From Camelus dromedarius (lineage: Eukaryota): a stretch of DNA of 64,000 bases. Below the pieces are notes generated by a model. That model was not told where the DNA came from and did not search any database. It saw only the letters and a list, made by a program, of their open reading frames with translations. A program made the translations under genes and the position numbers. Of this stretch, positions 52,024 to 64,000 are shown one piece after another (within the stretch, counting starts at the first letter, position 1; every line of letters starts with the position of its first letter). The stretch covers positions 5,582,001 to 5,646,000 of the forward strand of contig NC_087438.1 in the NCBI RefSeq assembly GCF_036321535.1. Direction: 5' to 3'.

Positions 52024-55000
52024 CAACTGTGTCAGTTCTGACTGGAGACGTGGACACAGACTAGGGAGAATTTCTGTCCAACAGACAAGAAATGGTTAAA
52101 TCCTAATGAATCATGAGGTAGTGTACACAAGATAATTGAGAAGATAATGCAAGAATTGAGAAGAAAGTCTATGGTTTAACAATTATTGAAAAAAGAAGGT
52201 AACATTTTTGGCTTCCTTTGTTATAATAGCTAAGTGTATGCACATCCATACACGTATAGAAATATGTGCAAAGATGAAATTTATTAGACAAGGAGTTTAG
52301 AATTTGAGGATACATTTTAAAAGATCTTTAACAGTTACTTTTATGGTATCATAATGAAAGATAATACTAAAATCAGATTTTCCTATTTTCCAAAATATGG
52401 TATGGTTTTTACAGGATTTTATTTTATTGTTACTTTTGGAAAATGGAAAAAAAACTGATTTTAACACATATGGAATGAGCAAGAAGAAATAGAAGGGGTA
52501 AGATTTTAGAGATCTGAAAATTTTTCAGTGACTTCCACTGAGAAATATCACCAACCATCAGCCGTAGCAGCCCCGAGCCTCAGGCTAAGCACCGCCGTCT
52601 CCCCTCCAGGGTGTGGGGCAAACGTTCCTGATTCCTGGACGTTGTGAACACTGAAAGGATGATTTAAGGAAAGCCTTCTAATGGCATGGCTGAACTATTA
52701 GCAGGTAACTTTTGGGCAATGACAATTGCTTGGCTTTTAGAAACTGCTTATATCTGCATACAGTATCTGCCAATGCCAAAAGAAAAATTAAAACTAAGCT
52801 AGGTTTGCCTTAATTTAGTAACTGTCCAGCAGTATTCTTGGCAACTGAGTTTAATTATTTTGCTGAAAGATTGGTAGCTGGTGATTGGGCCAGAGCCTGT
52901 ATCTGTAAGAAAAGGTAGCCCATGATGGTGCCAACACCTCCCACCACTTTCAAGTTTGGGCAAATGTCGGGGAGTGATGATAACGAGGATGCTGTGAAGG
53001 CACAGCTGGAAGAGCTGCTGTGACAGCAAAGGTGCTTCTCACCAACCCTGATGGGGCCAGAGGACAGGGAACTGAAGGAGGAATGACCAAAACTGGATGA
53101 TAAATTCAAAAATCTCATCACAATTTAATGAGCCACAATTTTAATGCCATCCACTCCATTACACACTGCATTCTGCGCAAGGTGAGGTTCAGTAGCACAC
53201 AAAACAAGGTCAGCCCAGGAAAATGTTCAGAAGACAGAGCAACAGGGTGAGTGAACAGAACGCGGGAGCAAGGACAAGCAATTGTGCGCCAGTGGTGCAT
53301 TTACTGGGTCGGCACACCCGTCCTGGTGGACTCCTTCTCTCACAGCGCAGTCAGGGGGATTAATATTACCAAGGTGAGCTGAGTATTCTAGCTAAATAGT
53401 CCACATTAACTCAGTTTAGGCTTAGAAAACTCTGTTCCCAGCAGTAAGGGAAAGTCACCAGTGAGAAGCATTTCCGGCTTTATTCTGCTTGCATATTTTA
53501 TTTATTTACCCCCAGGTGACTATATTTTAGGATAAAACTCCAAATTAAGAGGGCATTTTAAGCATCATTCTTCTAGCAAAGTCAAAAGCAAAGGAGATTT
53601 TGCACACTTGGCCCCCGTCTGTGTTTGCTTGGGGATTGATGTGCTTAGTTGCTTATATATAAATGTTCCCCAGGTCAGGATTATCCTGCTAAAGGTAAGT
53701 CAGATAATTTGATTCCACGCAATGGAGGCGCACTTGTCTGCTGCTATGCTGATTGGAATTTGGTCTTACAATGTAAAAAAATGTGGCATTTAGAGCTCCA
53801 TTTCCTTTCTTGATTTTTATTGCATTCCATATTTGTTTATTTGCTTTTTAAGATTGTTCCCAATAAGAATGCGACCTTCTTGAGCCTACAGTGACATAAA
53901 ATGCAATGTCACCGTTCACAAAGTCTTGAATGAATAAAGTCAGAAATGGTATTTTCAGGGGAATCAAAGCTCAGAGACCCTGAACCTCAGTTCCCTGTGG
54001 GGTGGCCAGACTGTAGGGTGATGGTAACTGACCTCACAAGAGGCTGGTGGATTAATGAGTGGCTGGTAAAGGGCACGTGGGCTCTTCTCACTTTCCCTCT
54101 GCCCTCCTTTCCCTCCTCCAAGGCTGGGGCAGGTTTCAAGGCCAGAACTTTGCATGAGGTCACGGGTCTGTGGACATGGTCTGATTCTTCCTTGAGATTC
54201 AGTCTCATGGGATAAGGATTACTTTTTCCTAAGCAGCAGCAGAGGACTTGTGGAGGCCAGTCTAGAGGGGAAAGATGGAGAATTCAGTTCAGCCTGCCCT
54301 GGACCTGCCCTGACCTGGGCCCGTGGTCCAGTCCAGTTTCCAGGGGGTGGTTACTGGGGCTTGGTGGTTGGTTTATAGCACATGTCCCCTTACCAGATCT
54401 GTCCTCTGTCGAGGGGACAGAGGACCACAACTCTCCAGATCTTCTCCGAGATGCCTTGAAGAAAAGATGATAGGATTCAAGAACTGAAAATCTCCCAGAC
54501 CATCAGCATCATATGCTTCCCTTTCCCACCCACAGAGCACTCACTACTGCAGGAGCTGCACCTGGACAAAGATGAACACGTGTCCCCCACCTGGTCACCC
54601 ATCCTAGGGTCAAGGAGCCTAAAAATCCTATAGTATACTCACAAGATTAAAACAAATCCCTAAGAACATTCTTAGCAATTATGTCTTCATAACAGCCATA
54701 ATCTACTTTGAACAAAGGCAGTATTTCTGCCCGCTGATTTTCGAGGGGCCTAAGAGATCAGGCTTATGTTTTACTTTAGTTTTTTTGTCTGTAGTATCTC
54801 AAGCCTCTGCTTCACCTAGGTAGGATTCAAAAGGCGGAAATGAATAGATTGAAAGCCAAGCAATGCTCCTTAGACTCTTCCAGAGACTTCAGGCTGAAAT
54901 ACTATATTCTACTGATTTTATTTGAAAGGGTTTTGGATTCATTCTTTTTCATAGAAAAGAAGTAAAAGTAAAACCTGACATTATATCAAAAATACATTGG

Positions 55001-58000
55001 TCTTTCAGCTCTTTTTATATCTCTGTGATGATCAGATCTTTCTTATCTTTTCAGCTGTGCTCTTACTATACGGTAGAATAAATCCAGAAATATTAAACTT
55101 AGGAGGTGACACCAGGAAAACTTGGTGGTCATAAGACAGGTCTCCATGAACCTGACTTGCTTTAAACCTTGCCCAGAGAGGCCGGTATTCATTCATCAGC
55201 TAGGAGTTACGAGTGCAGGAACTGTTCTGATTGTATTACTTTTCTATTGGCTCGAACGTAGCGAGCTGTGAGCAATGATGTTGCATCTTGACATTTTTAA
55301 TATCTCTAGGGTACTTCTCTAAAACGCATCTGAATTCAGATTTAATTAATTATGTGAATGACCTAAATGTGAAAATAATTTCCTGCTCTCGATATATTAA
55401 GCTCAACAGAAATATCTCAGCAAGAGAAATGGACTGAAATTAGGTCCACATTATTATTTTGGAAAGGCAGATTTACTTTGACCCTTTTTAGATCAATCAT
55501 TGGAACTGAACTGATATTCACGGAATTGATATGACTTTATTCAAAACAGTGCCATGCACGTAGGAAATGCTGCTTCTGGTAAATTTTTCCTAAATAAGAA
55601 AACCCTTTGTGATGGTTACATTGCTGGCTAATTTAAATTTTACTCATAATTATAAGTAGAATGCATATGTAATATATAATGTTTATACATATTATGTTAT
55701 ATTTATTATAGTATTAGCTTGCAATTTTAAGAAAATTGTGTGTTAGGATATTATATAGTTTATATAACTACATAATAACTTATATATGTTTAATATATAA
55801 ATTCACATATGACCTCACTAACCAAATGTCAATCACTAGTAATTTAATGCTTTTAAAGATGATTTTGAATAAAACAAGTAATTTAAATAAACAAATTATC
55901 TTATATCATTAGGTGATTACAAGACATTTAAGTAGAATTTACTTTTATAAAACTTAATAGTTGTAAGAAAAATTATAAAATACAAATGAATGTAGAATAA
56001 GTAACCTATGTATTATGAATAGATAAAATAAAATTACATGCTAAATAAATCATGATAACCCATATTTTCATACTGCCATGGAAAGATCTTTCAAAATATT
56101 TAATGTAAAAGAAGTTGCACAATAAAGTAATGAATGCAGTTTGATGACATTTATGATAAATGACAAAATTAACGTCATACATTTTATAGTTAGAGGTGTG
56201 AATATGGGTGGTTATGACTTATTTCATGTCCTAGCATAAGGTCTAAATGCGTTGCTTTGCTTGCCTTGGAATTTTGTCCTTGTTCTCTGCTGCTGGAAAT
56301 CAACACAAACCAGTCAGAGTTATAAATTTTACCATCTCGATCTGTGAAATATTTGGTGACCTTATCACCTGTGAAGATGGAAAAGCTATGTATCTACCTA
56401 ACGAACTTGAGGCTCTTGAAGGCTCAATGTAATGCTTTGTTAATTAGATCAATTTATTCAGGTTTGTGAGAATAATTGAAAATACTGGAGACACTCTGAC
56501 TAGGACTTCTCTCTAATTTTATGCCAAAAGTGTTTGCGCACAATCTCGGCCAAGTTGGAATAGGACTGATTCCAAGGTCCTGGTATATCCCACCTCCTTG
56601 AATTTGCTCTGCCCCGTTCCCCGGCGTAAGCAGCAGTGAGACCAGTGCTCCCTGCCCCCACGCTGCTGAGGACTAGGCTTGGACAATATGTGTTAGACCC
56701 GTGGATGAAGGCACATTCCCTCTAACTGGAATGACTCCCCTTTCTCAGTCTCTTCCTGTGACATTCCATGCAACGCCCCCGGGCCAGCTCTGGGGGAAGT
56801 TTCCTGGTCGTCCCCACCCTCAGTAATCGTCCTGTCTGGTGACTTTTAGTTCATTCTGACTCTGGAATACCTGAAGCACTAAGCTAAATTGTCCAGGTTT
56901 GTGCTGGTCCGAGATTTTAATTAAACTTCTGTTTTGCTGTCTAACTCATAATTTTTTCCTACTGCATCCCACATTTCACAGTGTATAGGTCAAGGACTAG
57001 TTCCCTGGGTGCATATTCTCTGGGAAGGGGTGGGAAGGATATTGTAAAATTATCTTTAAAATCTCAAAAATCTATAAAAATATAAAGCACCAATCCAGTA
57101 TGATGATAAAATTTTAAAAAATGACAGCAAAAACAAACTTTCTTGCTTTGAGAGATGAGTGTGTTTCAGTATTTAATATACATATAATAATAAGAATCAT
57201 GACGGTGCCTAACAGTAGCAATAGAAGCAAACACTAGGCTGTGTCATCTGACCTGAGGAATGAGAAGTGATGATTTTCCTGGAAGCAGGGAAGTTCAAGG
57301 ATGGCTGGAACTTTTAGTGATTTACTTGGGACGACGACAGGGGTGTAGGTCACTACACACACTTCCCTTCTCCTCTTCCACCAGACGACAGTTGTTTCTT
57401 TGAGTTTTGAAAATTCGTCGTTCAAAAAGAGCATTTTTAAATCAGGTTTTGCAGTTTAGCCATGAACTCATTCCTTCAATTATCATTCATTGATTCATCT
57501 ATTTATTCCTTATATTAAATAAGTTCCTTTTGTTTAGTCGTCCGTGGTGCTGAACCCAGAGAAGAAACAAAATTCGACACAGGTCCCACTTCCACACACA
57601 CACACACCCCCTTGGGGTTAACAGTCCACGGGGGAGACAGTTCAGGAAGCACCTGGAGAAAGTGAGTCTGACTGAGGCAGAGAGGAGCTCCGGGTGCCAG
57701 GGGGAGGCAGGGGTGCACACGCCTCATTTCCACTTGGAGTCTTTCGTGCGTGAGCAAGGGGCTTCCCTGGACGAGGTGACACATTTGTCTGTGTAGCTAC
57801 AGCTGTCAGCTCTGCATTCTCCTCTGGATCCTCACGGTTAGAGATTCAATGGGAAGGTTGGGGAGTACGACCCCGACTTGCCACATGAGAACGATTGTCA
57901 CTAGGTTGTGTACAATTTTTATCTACTACATCATTTCCTGGCCCTGTAACCATATTTTCTGGTCACTAAATAGGATGACAAATCCCCCAGCTCACAGAGT

Positions 58001-59859
58001 TCAAAACAATGTAATGAAAATCCAAATCACCGATTGGTTTGAGCAAAATCCCAGAGGTGACCGTGGGCTTATCCTACGATTCCAGCCCTGAGTGGTTCTG
58101 CCTGAGGCGTCATTTTAATCAGTGACTCTGACACGCAGTTCACTCTAATTGCCATACCTGCAGCTACCCACTGCTGACAAAGGTGCCATTCACTGATGCG
58201 TGACAATGCGGAGAAGACATTCAGGCTTCAGACAGATGTGCCCATTATGAAATATCCCATGTGGTCGTAAATCTCTGGCGGTTGATGCGGAGTAAGTAAT
58301 GCACGGTTGCAAGTAAATTGTGTGCTCAGCTTTGTCATGTCCCCACCATCCAACATGCTTACAAATGAAAACCTGAAATGCTCTAGACCATCAAAAGATA
58401 ATACCACGTGCTTCAATCTCCTCTCAATACTTCTTTTTCCAATCTTTTTTTTCTATTTCTCATCATCAGTTTTTGTTCTACCTGAGAATATCAAGAGTAT
58501 AAACCATATGTCTTTTCTTCTCTTTTGTAAAAAGCAAGAATTCCAATTAGCAATTGTCCATGATGATAGACTTGAATTTTTTCTTTCTCATTAAAATAAA
58601 AAGAATTCAATCTCTTTGATGCAGGCAGATGTTTTTCTGTACATACATTCTTTGTTACTGTTTTATTTTTTTTAATTAAGTAATATTACTAAACATTTTA
58701 TTTTATTTTTATGCACAGCTTAAAATACTGTCAGGAAGGTTTAACGAAACTTTGTGAATATTGCTGTCTACACTCGAGGACGACAATGAGCTGTTTTCCA
58801 AAATTGACAAGATGAAAATTAAAATGATCTGCAGGTTAAGGTGTGAAATAGTAAATAAAACAGATTTTAAATGGATAAAAGCGAGGATTTGTAAAATCAT
58901 CCTGCAGAGGTAGAATGGTAACCCAGTCTTTGTGTAGCTGCCTGAAGGGATCAAGGTATTTACATATAAAATGTGCCCATGAGAAAGGGGTTTTCTAAGA
59001 GGATGGTGGCCACTTGAAGACCTCTCGTAGGTGCCTTTCTGGGCTGCTCTTGGTGATGATGGAAACACGAGCGGGCCAAGTGCTGTCAGAATGTGATGCT
59101 GTTGCAATGCCTGGCCCCACTCTCCGCCCTCCGCCTGCACTGTGCAGTCTGCATACACGGGACCACAGGGAATGACAGTACCATTTAATTAATAGCCCAG
59201 TGCAGAACTGTGGCTTAAGTTCAGTCATGAACCAGGGCTTTCTTCATCTCCTCCCCCCACATCTGACTTCTGCGAATGCAACCTCACTCTCTAGTTGGCC
59301 ATCGAATGAAACTGACAGAGGGAGCTAGCTGAGGTTCACAGGGGTCTCTGGCTCCTCTTGCCCCCCAGAAAGAGTAAGGTGCCTGGGACCTGGGTGTGTA
59401 CCTTTAATGCTCAGTGATATGCCCACTAGAAACTGTACCTCAGTAAACGTTTTGGAATCAAATTATAGACAATTTGAATTATAGGTTATATATAAAGATA
59501 AAAATGCAAGTATATGACTATAGTTCATCTATTTTTATAAAAATAATATTATCTATGTGGGTGCATAAAACAGACACAACCAAATCCATCGTACATTAAC
59601 TACTGTACGTACGGAAAAAATTCTGGTGTGTGAGAAAAAAAATCTAAACGAGCCTGATTTGTTTTCTAAAGGAAGAGAGTATGTTATGGGAAACTCTCTT
59701 TCTGCTTTACACTTCACCATATTAGATTAAAATTTGTATCTATTAAATTAAGATAATTAACAAATCACAATATAGACCTATATTTCAAAAATTTCATAAA
59801 CTTTCAAAAAATTCATAAAAATGTGTTAAAATATTTAAAATACTCCTTCAATTGGATAT

Positions 59860-59980
59860 GTCTATGGCCTAGATGGTGGTGATAATTTCACGAGTGGACA
59901 CAACCCCAAACTCATCGAATTGTATACAGTAAATGTGTACAGCTTTTTACATCAATCATAGTGCAACAAACTGGTTTTAA
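59860..59980 (+). mobile_element. Old L1 3' end fragment
   Basis: ggtggtgataatttcacgagt...aaactcatcgaattgtatacagtaaatgtgtacagc. Confidence 0.7.
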
Positions 59981-60957
59981 GAATCTCTCACGCTCCTATG
60001 TCTTACGAAGATGATAGACAGATGTTTCTTATATGTATTCACTTGTTTGTTCATTAAAAGACATTTGTCCTCCAAGGTCTTGATAAAGTAGAGACATCGA
60101 TTGTAGGGGTGTTGAAATAGCTCTTTAAGCCATGGAAAATTATTCCACACCTGGGAAATGGGCCACAGAGTAGAGACACCATTTAATTTCACACTTACAA
60201 CTGACCCCTGTTTTTTGAAGATAATATGGCAGCGAAAATTCAATAATACAAAAGTCAGAAAAAATTACAGGATTTTGCATGGCTAATTCCCAAAGTGAGT
60301 GTATAGGGATTAATTTAAAATGAAGTGCTCTAGGATTTGATCACTTTTTAGTAATATATTAATTTCACAATATCTCAACTCAATCACTGTGGTCATTATT
60401 TATAAATTCTGCCTTATTCTCTGAGCTGTGTGGCCCCATGAACTGCAGTAGAGATTAGACAAGATGATATTGTCTGTTTACTGCATGACGCTGTTACTAG
60501 AAAATTCATTTTATAGCATTAAGAACAGTTAGGACCTTCTCAATGATTTGAAGATATGTCAAGCCAAAAATAAGTGTAAAAAATGGTGGCATGATGTATC
60601 ATAACACAGTCTGGACGTGGTGTTTTGTTCGGGTGGTGCTTACCTATGCTGTGGCTTTGGTGAGTTTTCTGAGTTCTTTGAATGTCACCCCTGCCCTAAA
60701 CTCACTGCCCGAGTCAGACAGATCAGTGCAAATGGAGTTTAAGCACACGCTAAATCCTCACATGTGAATCAAAAGCACCATTTATCATTTTATTACTAGT
60801 TTTGAAAAATTTTGAGATTCTACTTTTCTTCTCTAAAAATTAATATTTTAACCATATGTATTTAAAAATTATACCTAAAATATATTACAAAGTGAGTTGT
60901 TCTGTATTTTGTTGTTCCAAAAGGGCCACCTTAATGATAAACAAAAATTCGACTTGC

Positions 60958-61015
60958 CCTCCCTCCTATTTTCCTTCCTTCCTTCTTCCCTCCCTCCCTT
61001 CCTCCCTTCCTTCCT
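60958..61015. repeat. (CCTT/CCCT)n polypyrimidine tract
   Basis: Directly visible. Confidence 0.85.
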
Positions 61016-64000
61016 GTATATTTCTGAAATATTTCCTTCTTTCCTATCATATTTCTGAATCCCTGTATCTTCCTGAGGCTCTGTGATCACACTAATGAAT
61101 ATATATATATGTTTTACTCTTCACGGGGATTTCATTTTTTGTGATAACTGGTGAATGTGATATTTTTTCTTTAAATTGTGAACAGGGTGCTGAGCTGTTC
61201 TTGACAAATGACTTTAAGTGCAGCAATTAAACCTTGAAATAGCCTCTTGCACTTTGCCGTTTCAGACTCTGCCACCCCAGCCGAGCACATAGTGTCCTCT
61301 GCCGCTGGGGTGCGTACTCGTGCTTCAGTCTGTCTGTTATTCAGTATCTTCATTCACCTGCGCAGTAATGGCCCTCATAAAGCTGGTTTTAACAGCAGCA
61401 CGTTAAATTTTTATGAAACACACTAAAAAGGATAACAGGATATGAAGAAAATGATTATGTAAAGTTGAACACAATGAAAGAAACATTAATGGGAAGTTTG
61501 AATAAAATTTAAAATTTCTTTCGATTTCATTGACATGACAGTGAACTTTTATATAAAATGAGTTTTACATAAGGGGAAAAGCTTATGTTTAAGGTTAAAC
61601 AAACGTTAATTTAAGAATTTTATACCGTTATTAGAGACACTGTATCGAATGTAGAGCTACACTATTAAAAACAATTATTATCTGAAATACTCAAAAATGA
61701 AGCAAAATGAAAGAAAAGAAATCAAAGGAATTAAAAAGAATGTTTGTGATCATGTTATTAATCAGGAGACAACAGGATAGAATAGGCTTGTGCTAGAAAA
61801 TATACAAGTTTTAAGAATTTTACCAAAAAATATAAAAAGTTCTTAGAAATCACTTCCCAATCAAACATCTTAATGTCGGAACTGAATGCTGATTATTTAA
61901 ACTGAAGAGTGTTGAAGTCTCTCTGACAAGTATTTAAATACTAATTGGGATTTTAAAGAAATAGTGACTAATTTAATAAACATTGCTGACCGTTGTAATG
62001 CCGGGAATTGAAACCCAGAAATCAAAGGATGTGGACAGCAAACTGATCTTCTCAACGTGTTTTGAGAGTTTTCATTTTTCACTTTTATGCTTTACTGGAA
62101 TTCATTCATCAGATTTGTAGACCATCCCGGCTACTCAAATGAATAATAGGTTTTTCTTGTTTATTTACAGACAGATTTAGATTCAGGCATGGTGTGTGTT
62201 ATTAACTTAATGAGCCAGTAATTCTATGTATCTAATAAATCCTTTGGGCTTTTTTCAATTATATCTATCATTTTTCCAATGGTATTGTCAGGGGAGATAA
62301 TAAATATTGGTTAATCTCAGATCTTAGGGACATCAGAGAAGTGTTAAGATAAAGGTCACTAAATTCATGAGTTTACCACCACGGGTTAGACGTTTTGCTA
62401 ATTATAAATCCTCATGTAAGAAAAAAATTTAATGCAGTTTTAATTATAAGCATGATTTGAAAAATCTTTGTCAGCTTTCAGTAGCTGTTAAGTTTTGGGA
62501 ACCCGGCTTGAGAAATAAGAAGTAGCTAAATCGGTGGACGTCTGCTCCGGGCTGGAAACCACTTCAGCATCTGTGTGCCCCTCTTTCCCCCCTCTCTCCC
62601 ATGGAAAGTTAATACCGAACTACGGTGCTCAGCAGTAGATTTATTTTAATTGCATAGGTCATGAGTTTTCAGTGAAAATAACTAAAATATATTGGATTGA
62701 GCCAAAGAAGATCTCAGGAAATGAGATTTTCCTTAGTATAACAACGTGGTGATGTTCAGTTTAAATTATAATACCTGAGAGGGATCCATACAGAATTCTA
62801 ATTGAACGAGAATTCTGACCCAAATATCGCGAGAAAACTGTGTGACCGCTTACCCTACCTTCCCCAAAGGACTTGTTCTCACCCGTTTCTTTAAACCACA
62901 ACTTTCAAAAGACTAGAGTGTAATACTTTTCTAAGCTTTTCGTGTAATTTCTCATGTGTCTCTCATGAGGGAAGTAGATCAGTCTGATGGATTTTGTGGC
63001 ACTTGGTCAACATAAGTAAGTGTTTTCCAAAATAATGTAGATTTCCTTTAATATCTAATTTGAAGAAGTTTTTCAGAATCCAATATTCACATTAAGCGAA
63101 ATCGGTGCTATTGATTCACTGGATATTTTGAGGTTTAAATACAAACAGGATCATCACATGTGAAGATCTCACCCTGGCCCTTTTGACACTGGTCTGATAA
63201 TATCCTCACAGGAGATTTTAAATTTCTTAGTTATTTTGGAAAGATTATGTGAGTGAAAGGGTGAAACAAATGGCTATAGTTTCCTCAAGTAATTGAAGTC
63301 AACTAAAGAAGTCAGGCCGAAGGGTTCCATTTAAAGCATGCACTCAGACTTCCACAACAACGGTTCCAATGTCAGGGGACGGAAGGATTCAGGGAAGTGG
63401 CCCGACCGACAGCAGCATTTTGTTGATGTTGATCATAATGATAGTTTGGCATTTACTGGGCGCCTCCTCTACTCCAAGCTTTATGACTCATGATTTATAA
63501 ACATCTCATTGACTCCTTAGGTTTTATGAGTGAAGTCGATTTCCACAGGACACCTGGAGGGCGCGCCTCGCTTGCTGCAAAACTGCCATGTCCTTTGCCA
63601 ACCCCAGGACTCCCCACTTCACAGCCCATCCTCTCCGCCCTCGAAGTTAATTGCATTTGCAGCTCACCTTTGAACAGTTTGGCTGGGCTGAGTGTTTTCA
63701 CAAATGACTAACCTCAAAGTCAAAGTTAGTGGGCCCACCGATTTGGCACAGGATTGATCTGAAACTATTTTACTCATTATTCTTGATGGAAAAAAAATTT
63801 TCTTGTTTTCAGTACTCCCTTTACCACTAGATCAGATAAAGAGAACATAAATTTTTTCCCCCAAAGTAAATACACTCCAAATTTAACTCTAGTGATTTCC
63901 GTCAAAAACATACAAAAATGGTAACAAAATAATTGACCTTACTCAAGCTTTCAGTAATAGAAAATTGTTTGAATAAAATATGGCTCATCCACAAGATAAA

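Noticed and set aside
52922..53127. Possible decayed pseudogene frame (MSGSDDNEDAVKAQLEELL*...)
   Set aside because: No parent protein recognised, and no TSD or poly(A).
59783..59820. Approximately 19-bp tandem duplication tttcaaaaa(t/a)ttcataaa
   Set aside because: Ordinary slippage in AT-rich DNA.
1..64000. CRISPR array, operon or other prokaryotic system
   Set aside because: The sequence is mammalian; there is no repeat-spacer periodicity and no dense coding.

Overview
Mammalian genomic DNA: AT-rich, CpG-depleted, dense in L1, L2, MIR, MER, MLT and ERV repeats. I saw no Alu, Bov-tA/BovB, PRE-1 or CHR SINEs, and the young L1 3' tails resemble those I recall from camelids, so a camelid or other cetartiodactyl source is inferred but not proven. 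I could not identify any protein-coding gene. Most ORF-track entries are chance ORFs or L1 ORF2 remnants. The window reads as intergenic or lncRNA territory with a CpG island at about 24.2-25.6 kb, about nine ERV LTRs (five with recognisable target-site duplications, TSDs), nested insertions, two 5'-inverted L1s, a tailless 5'-half tRNA-Cys retrocopy, a perfect 33-nt quasi-palindrome, several orphan exon-like segments and a repeat-poor, enhancer-like right end. I cannot support a claim of a new biological system. Repeat family names come from recalled consensus sequences, not a search, and boundaries without TSDs are approximate.
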